Source: a virus
Taxonomy: Duplodnaviria; Caudoviricetes
IMG/VR virus record: IMGVR_UViG_3300010340_001609
Location: 28,325 to 92,324 of that record
Direction: 5' to 3' (one strand)
DNA: 64,000 nt
The first letter of the stretch is position 1. Every line of letters starts with the position of its first letter. Of this stretch, positions 1 through 9,107 are shown piece after piece. Below the pieces are notes generated by a model that was given only the letters and a program-made list of their open reading frames with translations, searched no databases and was not told where the DNA came from. The translations under genes were made by a program, and so were the position numbers.

Positions 1-799
1 ATTTTTTATTTTTAATACTGATTTTATTTTCAAAATTAAAATATAAATCTTCATTATTTTGAAAATAACTGTCATCTAATAAACAAATAACTTTTGGCTG
101 TAATGTCTCTTTGTTTATGTGACGAGAACCAAATCTTTTAACAAAAAACGTGTTTGTTGAATCTTCTATTGAAGAAGTAAGAGATAATCTAAAGCCATTG
201 TTTTCAACAACTCCTGCTAAAACAGCAGAAACGAAAGGTGTTATATCAGCAACAAGGTCTTCGGTCCCAACTGTAAAATCAACATCTTGCTGGAAATTCG
301 AATAAAAATCAACGTTAGGAGTACCTATCGAACCAGAAGAATTAGCTCCAGAAACTGTCCATAAAATCGGAGTCCCATTATCAATGCTTGAAGTTTGCCA
401 ATTACAAGCATCAATATCTCTGTATTCTATTACATCAAAACCAATACCCTCATTGAAAGATTTTGCAAGTGGATTAACAGAAATCGAAAAATTTGTTGGA
501 GTTGTATTTCCACCATAAATGTTTTTTAACACTAGTTTTGCTTTAAAGCTGGGATCTGTATATGGAAACAATGATGAAGAAAGTTCAGAGAAATCAAAAT
601 AAATTAAACCCCTAGACATTTCTTTAAGGCTTTGAGAGAATGCGCTTCCTGTTAATGTTGAAGAAATACTCGCCTCATTATAAAGATAATAAAGATCAAT
701 GCTAGATGCTAAACCAACATTTGAGGTTTCTTGCCTTTCGTTATTGATCCATTTATTTTGTATATATGTATCTTTTGTTGCTTTTATAATTTTATACAT
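1..799 (-). CDS. Virion structural protein, baseplate-associated (partial; runs off the window start)
   Basis: Not in the ORF track. Manual translation from ATG at 799 gives MYKIIKATKDTYIQNKWINNE...FFVKRFGSRH..., still in frame and open at position 1. It follows the baseplate wedge gene, with TATTTA at 810-815 upstream. Confidence 0.6.
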   Translation of the reverse strand, partial: MYKIIKATKDTYIQNKWINNERQETSNVGLASSIDLYYLYNEASISSTLTGSAFSQSLKEMSRGLIYFDFSELSSSLFPYTDPSFKAKLVLKNIYGGNTTPTNFSISVNPLAKSFNEGIGFDVIEYRDIDACNWQTSSIDNGTPILWTVSGANSSGSIGTPNVDFYSNFQQDVDFTVGTEDLVADITPFVSAVLAGVVENNGFRLSLTSSIEDSTNTFFVKRFGSRHINKETLQPKVICLLDDSYFQNNEDLYFNFENKISIKNKK

Positions 800-808
800 T
801 GTCAATTA

Positions 809-2683
809 TTAAATAACAGACCCAAGTATATTCTCAGATGGGTATTTTAATTCAAATATACCACCATTAGGCGCGATTACTATATTTTTTCTTGTGTTGG
901 CAGCAAAATCATAAGAATTTGAACTATAAGTTTTCCCATTTATCGTACCAGCAACATTCGTCAATCGAACGAACTCTACAGATAACACCCCAGGATTATT
1001 GAAAATAATATTGTTTATTTCAGATAAATTTAACGATTGTTCTATTTGAAAATTATTGATTGAAAAATATTTTTCTAATTTTTTGTTAATATTTTGTATT
1101 ACAATTTGTTTGTTTTGATTTTTCGTTAATGAGATTTGATATTCAATTTTAAAATTAACAATTTGTCCATCTAATATATCAAATGAGTCTGGTATTACCC
1201 TGAAGGTATTTAAATATTTTACTAAATTTTCTTTTAGTGTATCGTTTGAAATTGTTAAATTTCCATCAATTCCTTTTGAAAGTAGATATATAATTGACGA
1301 ATTGTTATTCCATGGATTTGGCTTTAACGCTGCTCTAAAAACTCTTCCAAATGTTGATGGCATTGTATATATTCTTGCTAAAACATCTCTGGTTTCAACA
1401 ACTCTTGATTGTGCTGCTGCAAAAGAAGGAATTAAATTTTTAAGTTCATCAATTGAAAGTGCATCTAAACCACCAGCTGCATCAAATTCATTTTTGACTT
1501 TTATTGAATTTTTTACATAGTTTGCAATATCAACAGATGTTGAAAATGGAAATCTAAAATATAAAACATTAATATTGTTTGTAATTGATTCTGCAGGAAC
1601 GTTGTGTCTTAATCCACCACCGTAACGATATGTTATTGTAACAGTGCTATTCGGTACAATAGTACCTAATGTGCTTGTTCCAAGTAAGTTATTTGGATTA
1701 ATCGTAATTCTGTTTATTGCTGTTTTTCCATACAATGGTAATGCAAATTTTGAGGGATCTGGAATCAAATCATCATCTGTTGATTCAGCATTTCCACCGC
1801 CAAAGCGTAACACAGTCAACCCAGAAGAATTACTTTGTTTTTTTACATATCTATATGGCGCAGATTTTAAAAACATTACACTTTCAGTTTCTAAAGAATC
1901 CGAATTTACATTTTCTTGTTTTAAATAAACAACATCATTTGCTAATGTTTCTAGTTCATAATATACGTTTCCATAGTTGTCAATAACACTTATTATATCT
2001 GTAACATTTTCAAAGCTTAATACAAATTCTTTAAATGGTTCAAATCCATTAAAAGTGAAACTATCAGTCGCTAATTGTCCAGAAATACAAACACCTTTTA
2101 ATTTCATTGTAAAATATGTAGGATTATTACTTGCATCTCTTTTTGAAATTTCTATTGTTGCAATATATTGATTATTTTTATCTTTTTTAGAAAAATCTAA
2201 TGTTTCAGTTAAATTGAATAAAATACCTTGTTTAGAATTCAAAACAGTTCCTTCTTCTATTATTGGAAGTGCAGTAGGATCAACAGCAAATCCCGTTGCT
2301 GTCATAACTGAAGGAACTTCTATTTCGAAAGTAACTAAAACAACCGCTGGTGTAGCCCCAATCATTGGAACTCTATTGTCTCTTAAATGTCTTTCAATAT
2401 TTCTTGGTTCAACAGCAGTTTCTGGGGAAAGTTCGTGAAATTGATGATCTAAATAAAAAGACTGAGAATCTCCAATCATTGAAACGGTATCAAGAAACAT
2501 TCCCATAAAGCTACCAATTGAGACATCTTTTATTTTATCTCCATAATAACTCCTTAAATGTTTTTCCATTTCATTTCTAAAAGATTGAAAATCTTTATTA
2601 AGATATGATCTTGTTAAAACTTGTTTTAAGACTTCTTTTTTAGATAAATCATTTGACATGGTTGTTATTTCTAAATATCTCAT
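809..2683 (-). CDS. Baseplate wedge protein (gp6/baseplate-J-like)
   Basis: Motifs YLNKDFQSFR, LRFGGG, TITYRYGGG...NV, AAGGLD..SIDELK and RVVETRD..AR; sits next to a gp25-like gene. Likely start is Met9 at 2659. Confidence 0.8.
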   Translation of the reverse strand: MRYLEITTMSNDLSKKEVLKQVLTRSYLNKDFQSFRNEMEKHLRSYYGDKIKDVSIGSFMGMFLDTVSMIGDSQSFYLDHQFHELSPETAVEPRNIERHLRDNRVPMIGATPAVVLVTFEIEVPSVMTATGFAVDPTALPIIEEGTVLNSKQGILFNLTETLDFSKKDKNNQYIATIEISKRDASNNPTYFTMKLKGVCISGQLATDSFTFNGFEPFKEFVLSFENVTDIISVIDNYGNVYYELETLANDVVYLKQENVNSDSLETESVMFLKSAPYRYVKKQSNSSGLTVLRFGGGNAESTDDDLIPDPSKFALPLYGKTAINRITINPNNLLGTSTLGTIVPNSTVTITYRYGGGLRHNVPAESITNNINVLYFRFPFSTSVDIANYVKNSIKVKNEFDAAGGLDALSIDELKNLIPSFAAAQSRVVETRDVLARIYTMPSTFGRVFRAALKPNPWNNNSSIIYLLSKGIDGNLTISNDTLKENLVKYLNTFRVIPDSFDILDGQIVNFKIEYQISLTKNQNKQIVIQNINKKLEKYFSINNFQIEQSLNLSEINNIIFNNPGVLSVEFVRLTNVAGTINGKTYSSNSYDFAANTRKNIVIAPNGGIFELKYPSENILGSVI

Positions 2684-2685
2684 TT

Positions 2686-3153
2686 TTAAGATACAAAAAT
2701 TGATAACTTAATATAAGCTTCTGATATGTTTAACTTTGGAACATTAAAACCTATCAATATATCAATTCTACTTATAGAATTTTGAATATCTCTGAAAGGT
2801 TTATGTTTAAACTCCCTTAAATTAACATAAGGCATATAATCTCTTACAGCAGTGTTAATTCTTACCATAGCTTCTGCCTCAAAATTATCATCACTTGAAT
2901 ATTCAATTGAAAGTGGTTTTAAATTGGCCCCAAAAAAATATCTTCCTAATCTTTCGCCATGATTTGTCATTATTAGGTTTTTTAAATTATCTTTTAAAAC
3001 TTCAGTAACATCACTTGATGTGTTAAAAAAATATTCATTTTCCTCACTAATAGTCAGAGGAGTTAATATTCCGACAGGAGTCTCTGAAACTACAGGATTT
3101 AGTAATTTACGAGTTTCATATATTTTAAAACCAACGTTTTCAAAACTTGTCAT
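2686..3153 (-). CDS. Baseplate wedge subunit, gp25/GPW-like
   Basis: DNLKNLIMTNHGER...FFGANL...YMPYV signature. Confidence 0.85.
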   Translation of the reverse strand: MTSFENVGFKIYETRKLLNPVVSETPVGILTPLTISEENEYFFNTSSDVTEVLKDNLKNLIMTNHGERLGRYFFGANLKPLSIEYSSDDNFEAEAMVRINTAVRDYMPYVNLREFKHKPFRDIQNSISRIDILIGFNVPKLNISEAYIKLSIFVS

Positions 3154-3161
3154 AAAGATAA

Positions 3162-3461
3162 CTATTTTTTTCTAACAAAATCATTAAATTTTATTGCCCT
3201 AACTGGCATTCCGTCTGGGCCTGGACATTGAATTGCTTCTAGAATTAATTCTAACCTTTGTCCAACTTGATCTTGTATGTAAGAATCTATTAAATTTGAT
3301 AAATCCTCCGACATTTTGTCTTTTAATTCTTCTGCTGTTTGCGGGTTATTTGTAGTTTCAATTGAAAAAATTTTTTTTATGTTTTCTTTTAGATCATTTT
3401 TTGTCATTTTATTCACCGTATATTTTTTCTGATTTCGCTTCAGCCGTATTGATATTATCAA
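3162..3461 (-). CDS. Hypothetical protein in the baseplate cluster
   Basis: Likely start is ATG at 3407 (MTKNDL), just after the stop of the upstream gene. Confidence 0.5.
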   Translation of the reverse strand: MIISIRLKRNQKKYTVNKMTKNDLKENIKKIFSIETTNNPQTAEELKDKMSEDLSNLIDSYIQDQVGQRLELILEAIQCPGPDGMPVRAIKFNDFVRKK

Positions 3462-4992
3462 GTGATGTTTTTATTGTTGACACTTTAGCTGTAGTCGATA
3501 TTCCACTTGCTTGACTTGCTTGAATCGCAACAAGAGAAGATATTGGAGAAAATGGAATTGCTATACTTGTTTTGAACGCAGTATCGTATGCTACCGCCAT
3601 TGTCTGTAACTGTTCAGCTAGATTTTTTATTTGATTTTTTAATTCTGTTATATGCCTGTCATATACAGACCATTTTATATAAGGTTCAGCTTCTTGTGTC
3701 GCCTGGCCAAAATATATTTTTTTACCTTCCAATTGAATTTTTCCTTCATTGTTCAGATATAAAAAAGAAAGATCTTCATTTGATTGACCTTCCTTTATCA
3801 ATAAAATTGTTCCATTTATATTTTGGTTTTCAGATTTTCTGGCAATTAATCTTAGATGATCTGCTTTTGTTAAAAAATAACTGTTTCCATACAGTTGATT
3901 TTCTAAATTTGGCTGTGTAACTGAAAGTGTATTGTCTGGATATCTAATTCCTCCATCAACAGATGAATCTAATTTAAAATTCAAATCTACCCTAGAATTC
4001 ATTGTAAGATAAATTCTTGCTGCATCTGAGACATAATTTAAATTACCTTCTGATTTGTTGGATTCTTTGTTTCTTTGGAATGTAGTTTTATCGGTTTCTA
4101 AATCATTAAATTTATTTCTGACTAAAAATGGAGACGTTTTAGTCTCATCTGTTGTTTGAGTTGCTTCGACCTCTAATGGAATACGACCGCGACCAGCAAC
4201 AATATCAATTGTGCCAGAATTTAAAACAGGATCTTCTTCTAATTCTGATACTCTATCATTCCCTAACACTATTAATGTATTGTTTGATCCTTGTAAAACA
4301 AAATCTTTTGGTCTTTTTTTGAATCTAGGAACTGGTTCAAATTTTTGTGTCTTAGCTGATTTTGAATTATCTCTTATTGTTTTAAATGGGTTTTCGTTTG
4401 GTGAATTTGGTTGAATTGTATATCGATTAACAACATCAGCACCATTTGGAAATCCTGGGGTAAGATCTATTTGTGTTTGTGAATTTTGTCGATTAGATCT
4501 TACCTGTTCTAATCCCTCTTGAGTGTTTTTAATATCGAATGATCTGTCCGAATGAGTAAAATTTGCGTCTTCTACTGCATAATTTTCATGAGGGCGAGTT
4601 AACCAGCGACCCAGAGAACTTCCAAGATATTTGTAGTCTTCGTATAAAACAAATACAATTTCCCCTGCCTGTACGGGAAGAGAAAAGTGGCTTGAAAAAA
4701 ATGGATATACAATAGAAGGTGTTGAGTCTATTAAATCTTGTCCATTATTTGAAATTCTAGCCAACAAGGACATTGGGGGCATCAAATCAACTACTTCAGG
4801 ATTTGTTACCGCCGATTTTATTCTATCTTTTTCACTAGAAGTTAATATTTCTGGGTCGAAAAAAATCTCTTCCACAACTGCCCTGAAAAATGTCGGGGAA
4901 CCTCCATTTTGTTTTAAGGAAGATAATAATCCCCTACCAGATTCACCGACTCCACCAACTAACAATCTTGAAACATTAATATTTTCAGTCAT
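3409..4992 (-). CDS. Baseplate hub/central spike protein (gp5/VgrG-like OB fold)
   Basis: YPFFSSHFSLPVQAGEIVFV OB-fold-type motif, LQGSNNTLIVLG and IDIVAGRG beta segments; located upstream of the gp25-like gene. Confidence 0.65.
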   Translation of the reverse strand: MTENINVSRLLVGGVGESGRGLLSSLKQNGGSPTFFRAVVEEIFFDPEILTSSEKDRIKSAVTNPEVVDLMPPMSLLARISNNGQDLIDSTPSIVYPFFSSHFSLPVQAGEIVFVLYEDYKYLGSSLGRWLTRPHENYAVEDANFTHSDRSFDIKNTQEGLEQVRSNRQNSQTQIDLTPGFPNGADVVNRYTIQPNSPNENPFKTIRDNSKSAKTQKFEPVPRFKKRPKDFVLQGSNNTLIVLGNDRVSELEEDPVLNSGTIDIVAGRGRIPLEVEATQTTDETKTSPFLVRNKFNDLETDKTTFQRNKESNKSEGNLNYVSDAARIYLTMNSRVDLNFKLDSSVDGGIRYPDNTLSVTQPNLENQLYGNSYFLTKADHLRLIARKSENQNINGTILLIKEGQSNEDLSFLYLNNEGKIQLEGKKIYFGQATQEAEPYIKWSVYDRHITELKNQIKNLAEQLQTMAVAYDTAFKTSIAIPFSPISSLVAIQASQASGISTTAKVSTIKTSLDNINTAEAKSEKIYGE

Positions 4993-5486
4993 TTTTTCTT
5001 AATTGGTTTGCTTTCATCATTTTTTTTAAAAAAATGATTAATCATAGATTGATTTTCTTCTTTTTCTTTTTCTTCTTTGGCTTTATCTACTAACTCTGCT
5101 AATTTAAGCAATTGTTGGTTTGATTTATTCATAATATCCATATAACGATGAAGTGTTTGTCCATTTTGAAAATGTTTATCTTCATTATCATAAGTTTTCA
5201 CATATAGATCTAACCATAAAGCTAATGCATGTTTTCTATCTGTCATAGCATTTGAATAAATTAGTTTCCATAAGCTTGCCAATTTTGGATCTAACTTTAA
5301 ATCTGTTAACAATGACGTAAAATCTTGCAGCCCATTTTTCACTTGTACAGCAACATCTTCAGAAAGTTCATCTTCAATATTAGAAAGAAAGTTTTTTGCC
5401 TTTTCTGCTTTTTCTAAAGGTGTGTCTATTCTTTCTTCGGTAATTTCTTCGGAAAGGTCTGTTATTATAACATCTGTTTCTTTCAT
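4989..5486 (-). CDS. Hypothetical alpha-helical protein
   Basis: 165-aa ORF overlapping both neighbours by 4 nt. Confidence 0.5.
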   Translation of the reverse strand: MKETDVIITDLSEEITEERIDTPLEKAEKAKNFLSNIEDELSEDVAVQVKNGLQDFTSLLTDLKLDPKLASLWKLIYSNAMTDRKHALALWLDLYVKTYDNEDKHFQNGQTLHRYMDIMNKSNQQLLKLAELVDKAKEEKEKEENQSMINHFFKKNDESKPIKKK

Positions 5487-6214
5487 AGATCCTCAACTTC
5501 TTTTTTTGTGGTTTTATATACTTTTTTAAGAGAAGATAATGTCGTTGAAAGTTGTTTGTTATTCATAAATGTAACTTCTCTTAAAAGAGAAAGAGCAGTT
5601 TTTTTAGTGAGTTCATCATAATGATCAATATTATTGATAATATTTTCAATATTCGCTAAAACGAGTTTTTCGTTTTCTGTTGTAACTTTTTTCTTCATTT
5701 CTGAAATAATCTCTTTTATTTCTCCATGTTTCTCATTTGAAATCATCGTATCTTCAGATGAGGGATCAATTTTAAAATTTTCAATTAATTCTAATTCATG
5801 ATTTGTGAATGCTTCTTTTTCTTCCATAGAAATAACTGAATGAACATGTTTTGTTGATGCTTTTGCTTCAACAATCAAAAAATTTTTTGCTACAACGTTA
5901 TAATAAGAAAAAGCTTTGGAACCTTTTGTTTCATCAAATTTTGAAATTATTTGAAATAATTGCGCGACCGCTCTATCTCTTAATTCTTCTTTAGATTCAA
6001 ACGCTGTTTTATAATTGTATACGTTTATTAAATTTTCAACTAATTTTTTAAATGGATCATAAATTTTTTCAACAAATATTTCATGTTTTTTTTCAATATT
6101 TTCTTCGTATTTATACGCTATCGCGGCGAGTTCTGTTTCTTTTGTGAAATAATTTGCACTTGGACCAGATCCTGGCTTTCTTTTGATTATCTTCTTACCA
6201 CGTTTATTAAACAT
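5483..6214 (-). CDS. Phage sigma factor (T4 gp55-like late sigma, region 2)
   Basis: NYFT...LVENLIN.YNY...EELRDRAV..LF..ISKFDETKGSKAFSYYNVVAKN resembles the sigma region 2 pattern KFDxxKxxxxFxY. Confidence 0.65.
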   Translation of the reverse strand: MFNKRGKKIIKRKPGSGPSANYFTKETELAAIAYKYEENIEKKHEIFVEKIYDPFKKLVENLINVYNYKTAFESKEELRDRAVAQLFQIISKFDETKGSKAFSYYNVVAKNFLIVEAKASTKHVHSVISMEEKEAFTNHELELIENFKIDPSSEDTMISNEKHGEIKEIISEMKKKVTTENEKLVLANIENIINNIDHYDELTKKTALSLLREVTFMNNKQLSTTLSSLKKVYKTTKKEVEDL

Positions 6215-6569
6215 TTTGATTTCCTTTTGATAAAGACTTACTATTTCTATTATTCATTTTTGTTTTTACGTTTTTATCAATTTCTTCTAAAAGTTGTATT
6301 ATTTGTACAGTTGCATTTTTTGATCTGATACTTGTATCAATCATTGTTTTAAATTTTTGTCCTACTTCTGGCGAAGTCATAAAATATTCATTTTCGAGTA
6401 CTAAAGTTGCTGCTTTTAAACTTTCCGAGTGCGCTAACATTAATTCTGGAAATGAATCTTCAAATAAAAAGATTATTTCGGCCATATAAGAAACATTTTT
6501 AAACAAAAAATAACAACCAAAACCTAACACAACATTTAGCAATAAACTAATCAAAAGCAGAAAAACCAT
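6207..6569 (-). CDS. Hypothetical membrane-anchored protein
   Basis: N-terminal hydrophobic helix MVFLLLISLLLNVVLGFGCYFLF. Confidence 0.5.
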   Translation of the reverse strand: MVFLLLISLLLNVVLGFGCYFLFKNVSYMAEIIFLFEDSFPELMLAHSESLKAATLVLENEYFMTSPEVGQKFKTMIDTSIRSKNATVQIIQLLEEIDKNVKTKMNNRNSKSLSKGNQNV

Positions 6570-6574
6570 AATGA

Positions 6575-7765
6575 TTAAAATGATAAAAATAATTTATCAT
6601 AATGTTTTTTGACAGAATCGATTGAAAATTTTTCTTTTATTTTAACTTTAAGTTCATTAGCCCATTCTGTAGGAATTTTCGAATCATTATAAAATTTTTT
6701 CAATTTATACTTAACGTCAGCTTCTTTAGGTTCTGCCCATTTTGCATTTTTCATAAAAATATTTTTATCAACTCTTGATTCATGAATTTCTTTCAACTCA
6801 TAATCAAATTTTATCCATTTTCCTAAATTAAGATATTCTGTATGCGCCGACCAATTTGTTGCTAAAACTGGCAATCCAAAAGATGCTGCATTTATAGCTG
6901 GGATGTTCCATCCTTCGCCCCTTGTTGGTGCATACAATGCTTTGATTGTTGGGTTTCCATATAAACCAACAATTTCACTAGGTGATAAGTTACCATGGAC
7001 TATTGAAATTCTCGGATCTTTTTCAGAGTCGTACCCGATTTCAATTAAGAGTTGTTGAAAAGTCGCAGCAATATTCCTTCGATCCATATGTTGAGCTCTT
7101 GCGGTAGATGTTTTGATTACAAGTCCAACATCAGGGTTTCCTTTAAATTCTTCAACAAACCATTTAATAGCAAAAGGAATGTTTTTTCGATCATTAAATG
7201 GAGAATTTCCAGTTAATTGTCCGAACAAAAGAAAGTTAAATTTAGAATCAATTCCAATTTCTAAAGGTTTATATTCAGAATCAAATGCTTCATCATAGGC
7301 TTCTGGAACTACTACTATTTTAGTTGAAATCTGTTTGCCTTGTTCCTTAGATGTTGTTTCAAATGTACTTTGGACAAATTCAGATGGAACAACAACCAAA
7401 GACATGGAATTAATAGAATCGATCCAATCTGGATTTGCCACTGTTGCTTCAACTCCAGCAGTTACTCCAATATTTATTTTTGCAATATTTGGATTCCATT
7501 CATTTGGAAGTTGAACTTGAACAGAAAGATCGAAGGCGTTAAATTTTACGTATTGTTCATCAACCATTGATTGATAAATCCAACCGATTAAACCTGAATC
7601 ATATTCGGTATCAACAATAGAATAACAATCTCCCCATGGAGTCAATTCAAATTTTATTTCAAATTTATCTTGATTATCATAAAACCATTTTGCTATTTGT
7701 CTAGCATGTACACCATAACCAGAAGAAATTGTAAATGGACCTCTAAGAAGAACTTTTTTTTTCAT
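6575..7765 (-). CDS. Glycosyltransferase, GT-B/GT4-like
   Basis: SGYGVHAR, RKNI, PTRGEGWNIPAINAASFGLPVLATNWSAHTEY. Confidence 0.85.
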   Translation of the reverse strand: MKKKVLLRGPFTISSGYGVHARQIAKWFYDNQDKFEIKFELTPWGDCYSIVDTEYDSGLIGWIYQSMVDEQYVKFNAFDLSVQVQLPNEWNPNIAKINIGVTAGVEATVANPDWIDSINSMSLVVVPSEFVQSTFETTSKEQGKQISTKIVVVPEAYDEAFDSEYKPLEIGIDSKFNFLLFGQLTGNSPFNDRKNIPFAIKWFVEEFKGNPDVGLVIKTSTARAQHMDRRNIAATFQQLLIEIGYDSEKDPRISIVHGNLSPSEIVGLYGNPTIKALYAPTRGEGWNIPAINAASFGLPVLATNWSAHTEYLNLGKWIKFDYELKEIHESRVDKNIFMKNAKWAEPKEADVKYKLKKFYNDSKIPTEWANELKVKIKEKFSIDSVKKHYDKLFLSF

Positions 7766-9066
7766 TTTTTCACCTTCGGAGTTCTAATTTTTATTTCTGA
7801 AACAATATTTTGTCTAGGAGAGTTAAAATGAATCATTCCCCATGTTTTTTCTTTTTTGCCGTTTTTCCATTCTAAAATTAAATTTTCCAATGAAAGTTCC
7901 CATTCTGACATTACTTTTTCATGATTAAAATTTTCATCATTGTATTTTAATGCCTTGATTTTAATATCTTCCTTTTCTTCTGGGGTTAATGAATAAATTT
8001 TCATTAATCCATTTGCAAATTCTTGTTTTGAAAAGTGATCGTCATAAATATATGGCGTTGCTTGTGACCCAACTAAATAACGTTCAACTGGATTAAGTGC
8101 AACCCCTAATTCATTACCATCCGAATCAATAACTTGTTCGGTCATTCCGCCTGTTTTAAGGGCTATTACAGGCTTCCCTAAAGTTAATGCGGTTCTTATA
8201 GATAAACCGAATCCTTCCGCTCTAGAAACGTTTATAACCGTATCTGCAATATTATATATTTTATTTAATTCAGGAATGTCAATATGTTGAGTTGAATACA
8301 TGACTCTATCATGTATTTTTAACATTTCTGCAACGGCCTCTAAATCTGGACCTTCTGGATCTTTGGGATTTGTATGCATTATTAACAATGCATTTCTGTG
8401 TCCTTTGGTTTTCTCCAAATTATCTAAAAATAGTTTAAAACCTTCCATAACATCTGAAGGCATTTTTCTATGAGCATTTCTATTAACCCACAGTGCTATA
8501 AACCACTCTTTTCGTTCTCCTAGCGTGAGTTCTTTGAGTTTTTTTATTTCTGCATCTGGAAGTTCATAATACCATGATTTTGGTAAAACATGTGGCAAAT
8601 ATTTTACTTTTGTTGGATATCTGTCTTTGAGAAGATTATAGGTTTTTTTTGAAATACAATTAATGACATTTGTGCTTTCATAAAAAATTGTATTATATTC
8701 TGGAAACGGATCATTGTCCCAAACATGCCAATAAACAATTGGACAAATTTGTTTTATCTCGTCTTCCATTTGCCAAACCCAAACAAATTGTCTTGGATCA
8801 GTAAAAAGCATTAATGCATCTGGCTTTTCCGTTATTAACAATTGTCTTAACAATCCTGGTGTTCCAAATCCATCCACAGGTTTTACAACTATATCTGGAT
8901 GCAACATTTGCACATCGTAATTTGGATGTTTAATCGCTCCACCTAATTGTCTAAAAGTAAATTTACCTGTAGAAACCAAATGCTCAACTAACATTCTTGA
9001 CTGTCCACCAACGCCAGACACACATCTTAAATCATCAGATAAAAGTAAAATTTTAAATTTTTTCAT
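7762..9066 (-). CDS. Glycosyltransferase, GT-B/GT4-like
   Basis: SGVGGQ, NRNAHRK, SRAEGFGLS...GKPVIALKTGGMTEQ. Confidence 0.85.
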   Translation of the reverse strand: MKKFKILLLSDDLRCVSGVGGQSRMLVEHLVSTGKFTFRQLGGAIKHPNYDVQMLHPDIVVKPVDGFGTPGLLRQLLITEKPDALMLFTDPRQFVWVWQMEDEIKQICPIVYWHVWDNDPFPEYNTIFYESTNVINCISKKTYNLLKDRYPTKVKYLPHVLPKSWYYELPDAEIKKLKELTLGERKEWFIALWVNRNAHRKMPSDVMEGFKLFLDNLEKTKGHRNALLIMHTNPKDPEGPDLEAVAEMLKIHDRVMYSTQHIDIPELNKIYNIADTVINVSRAEGFGLSIRTALTLGKPVIALKTGGMTEQVIDSDGNELGVALNPVERYLVGSQATPYIYDDHFSKQEFANGLMKIYSLTPEEKEDIKIKALKYNDENFNHEKVMSEWELSLENLILEWKNGKKEKTWGMIHFNSPRQNIVSEIKIRTPKVKK

Positions 9067-9107
9067 TTTATATTAGTTTGAAGTTTAATTAAAAAAAAAT
9101 AAATTGT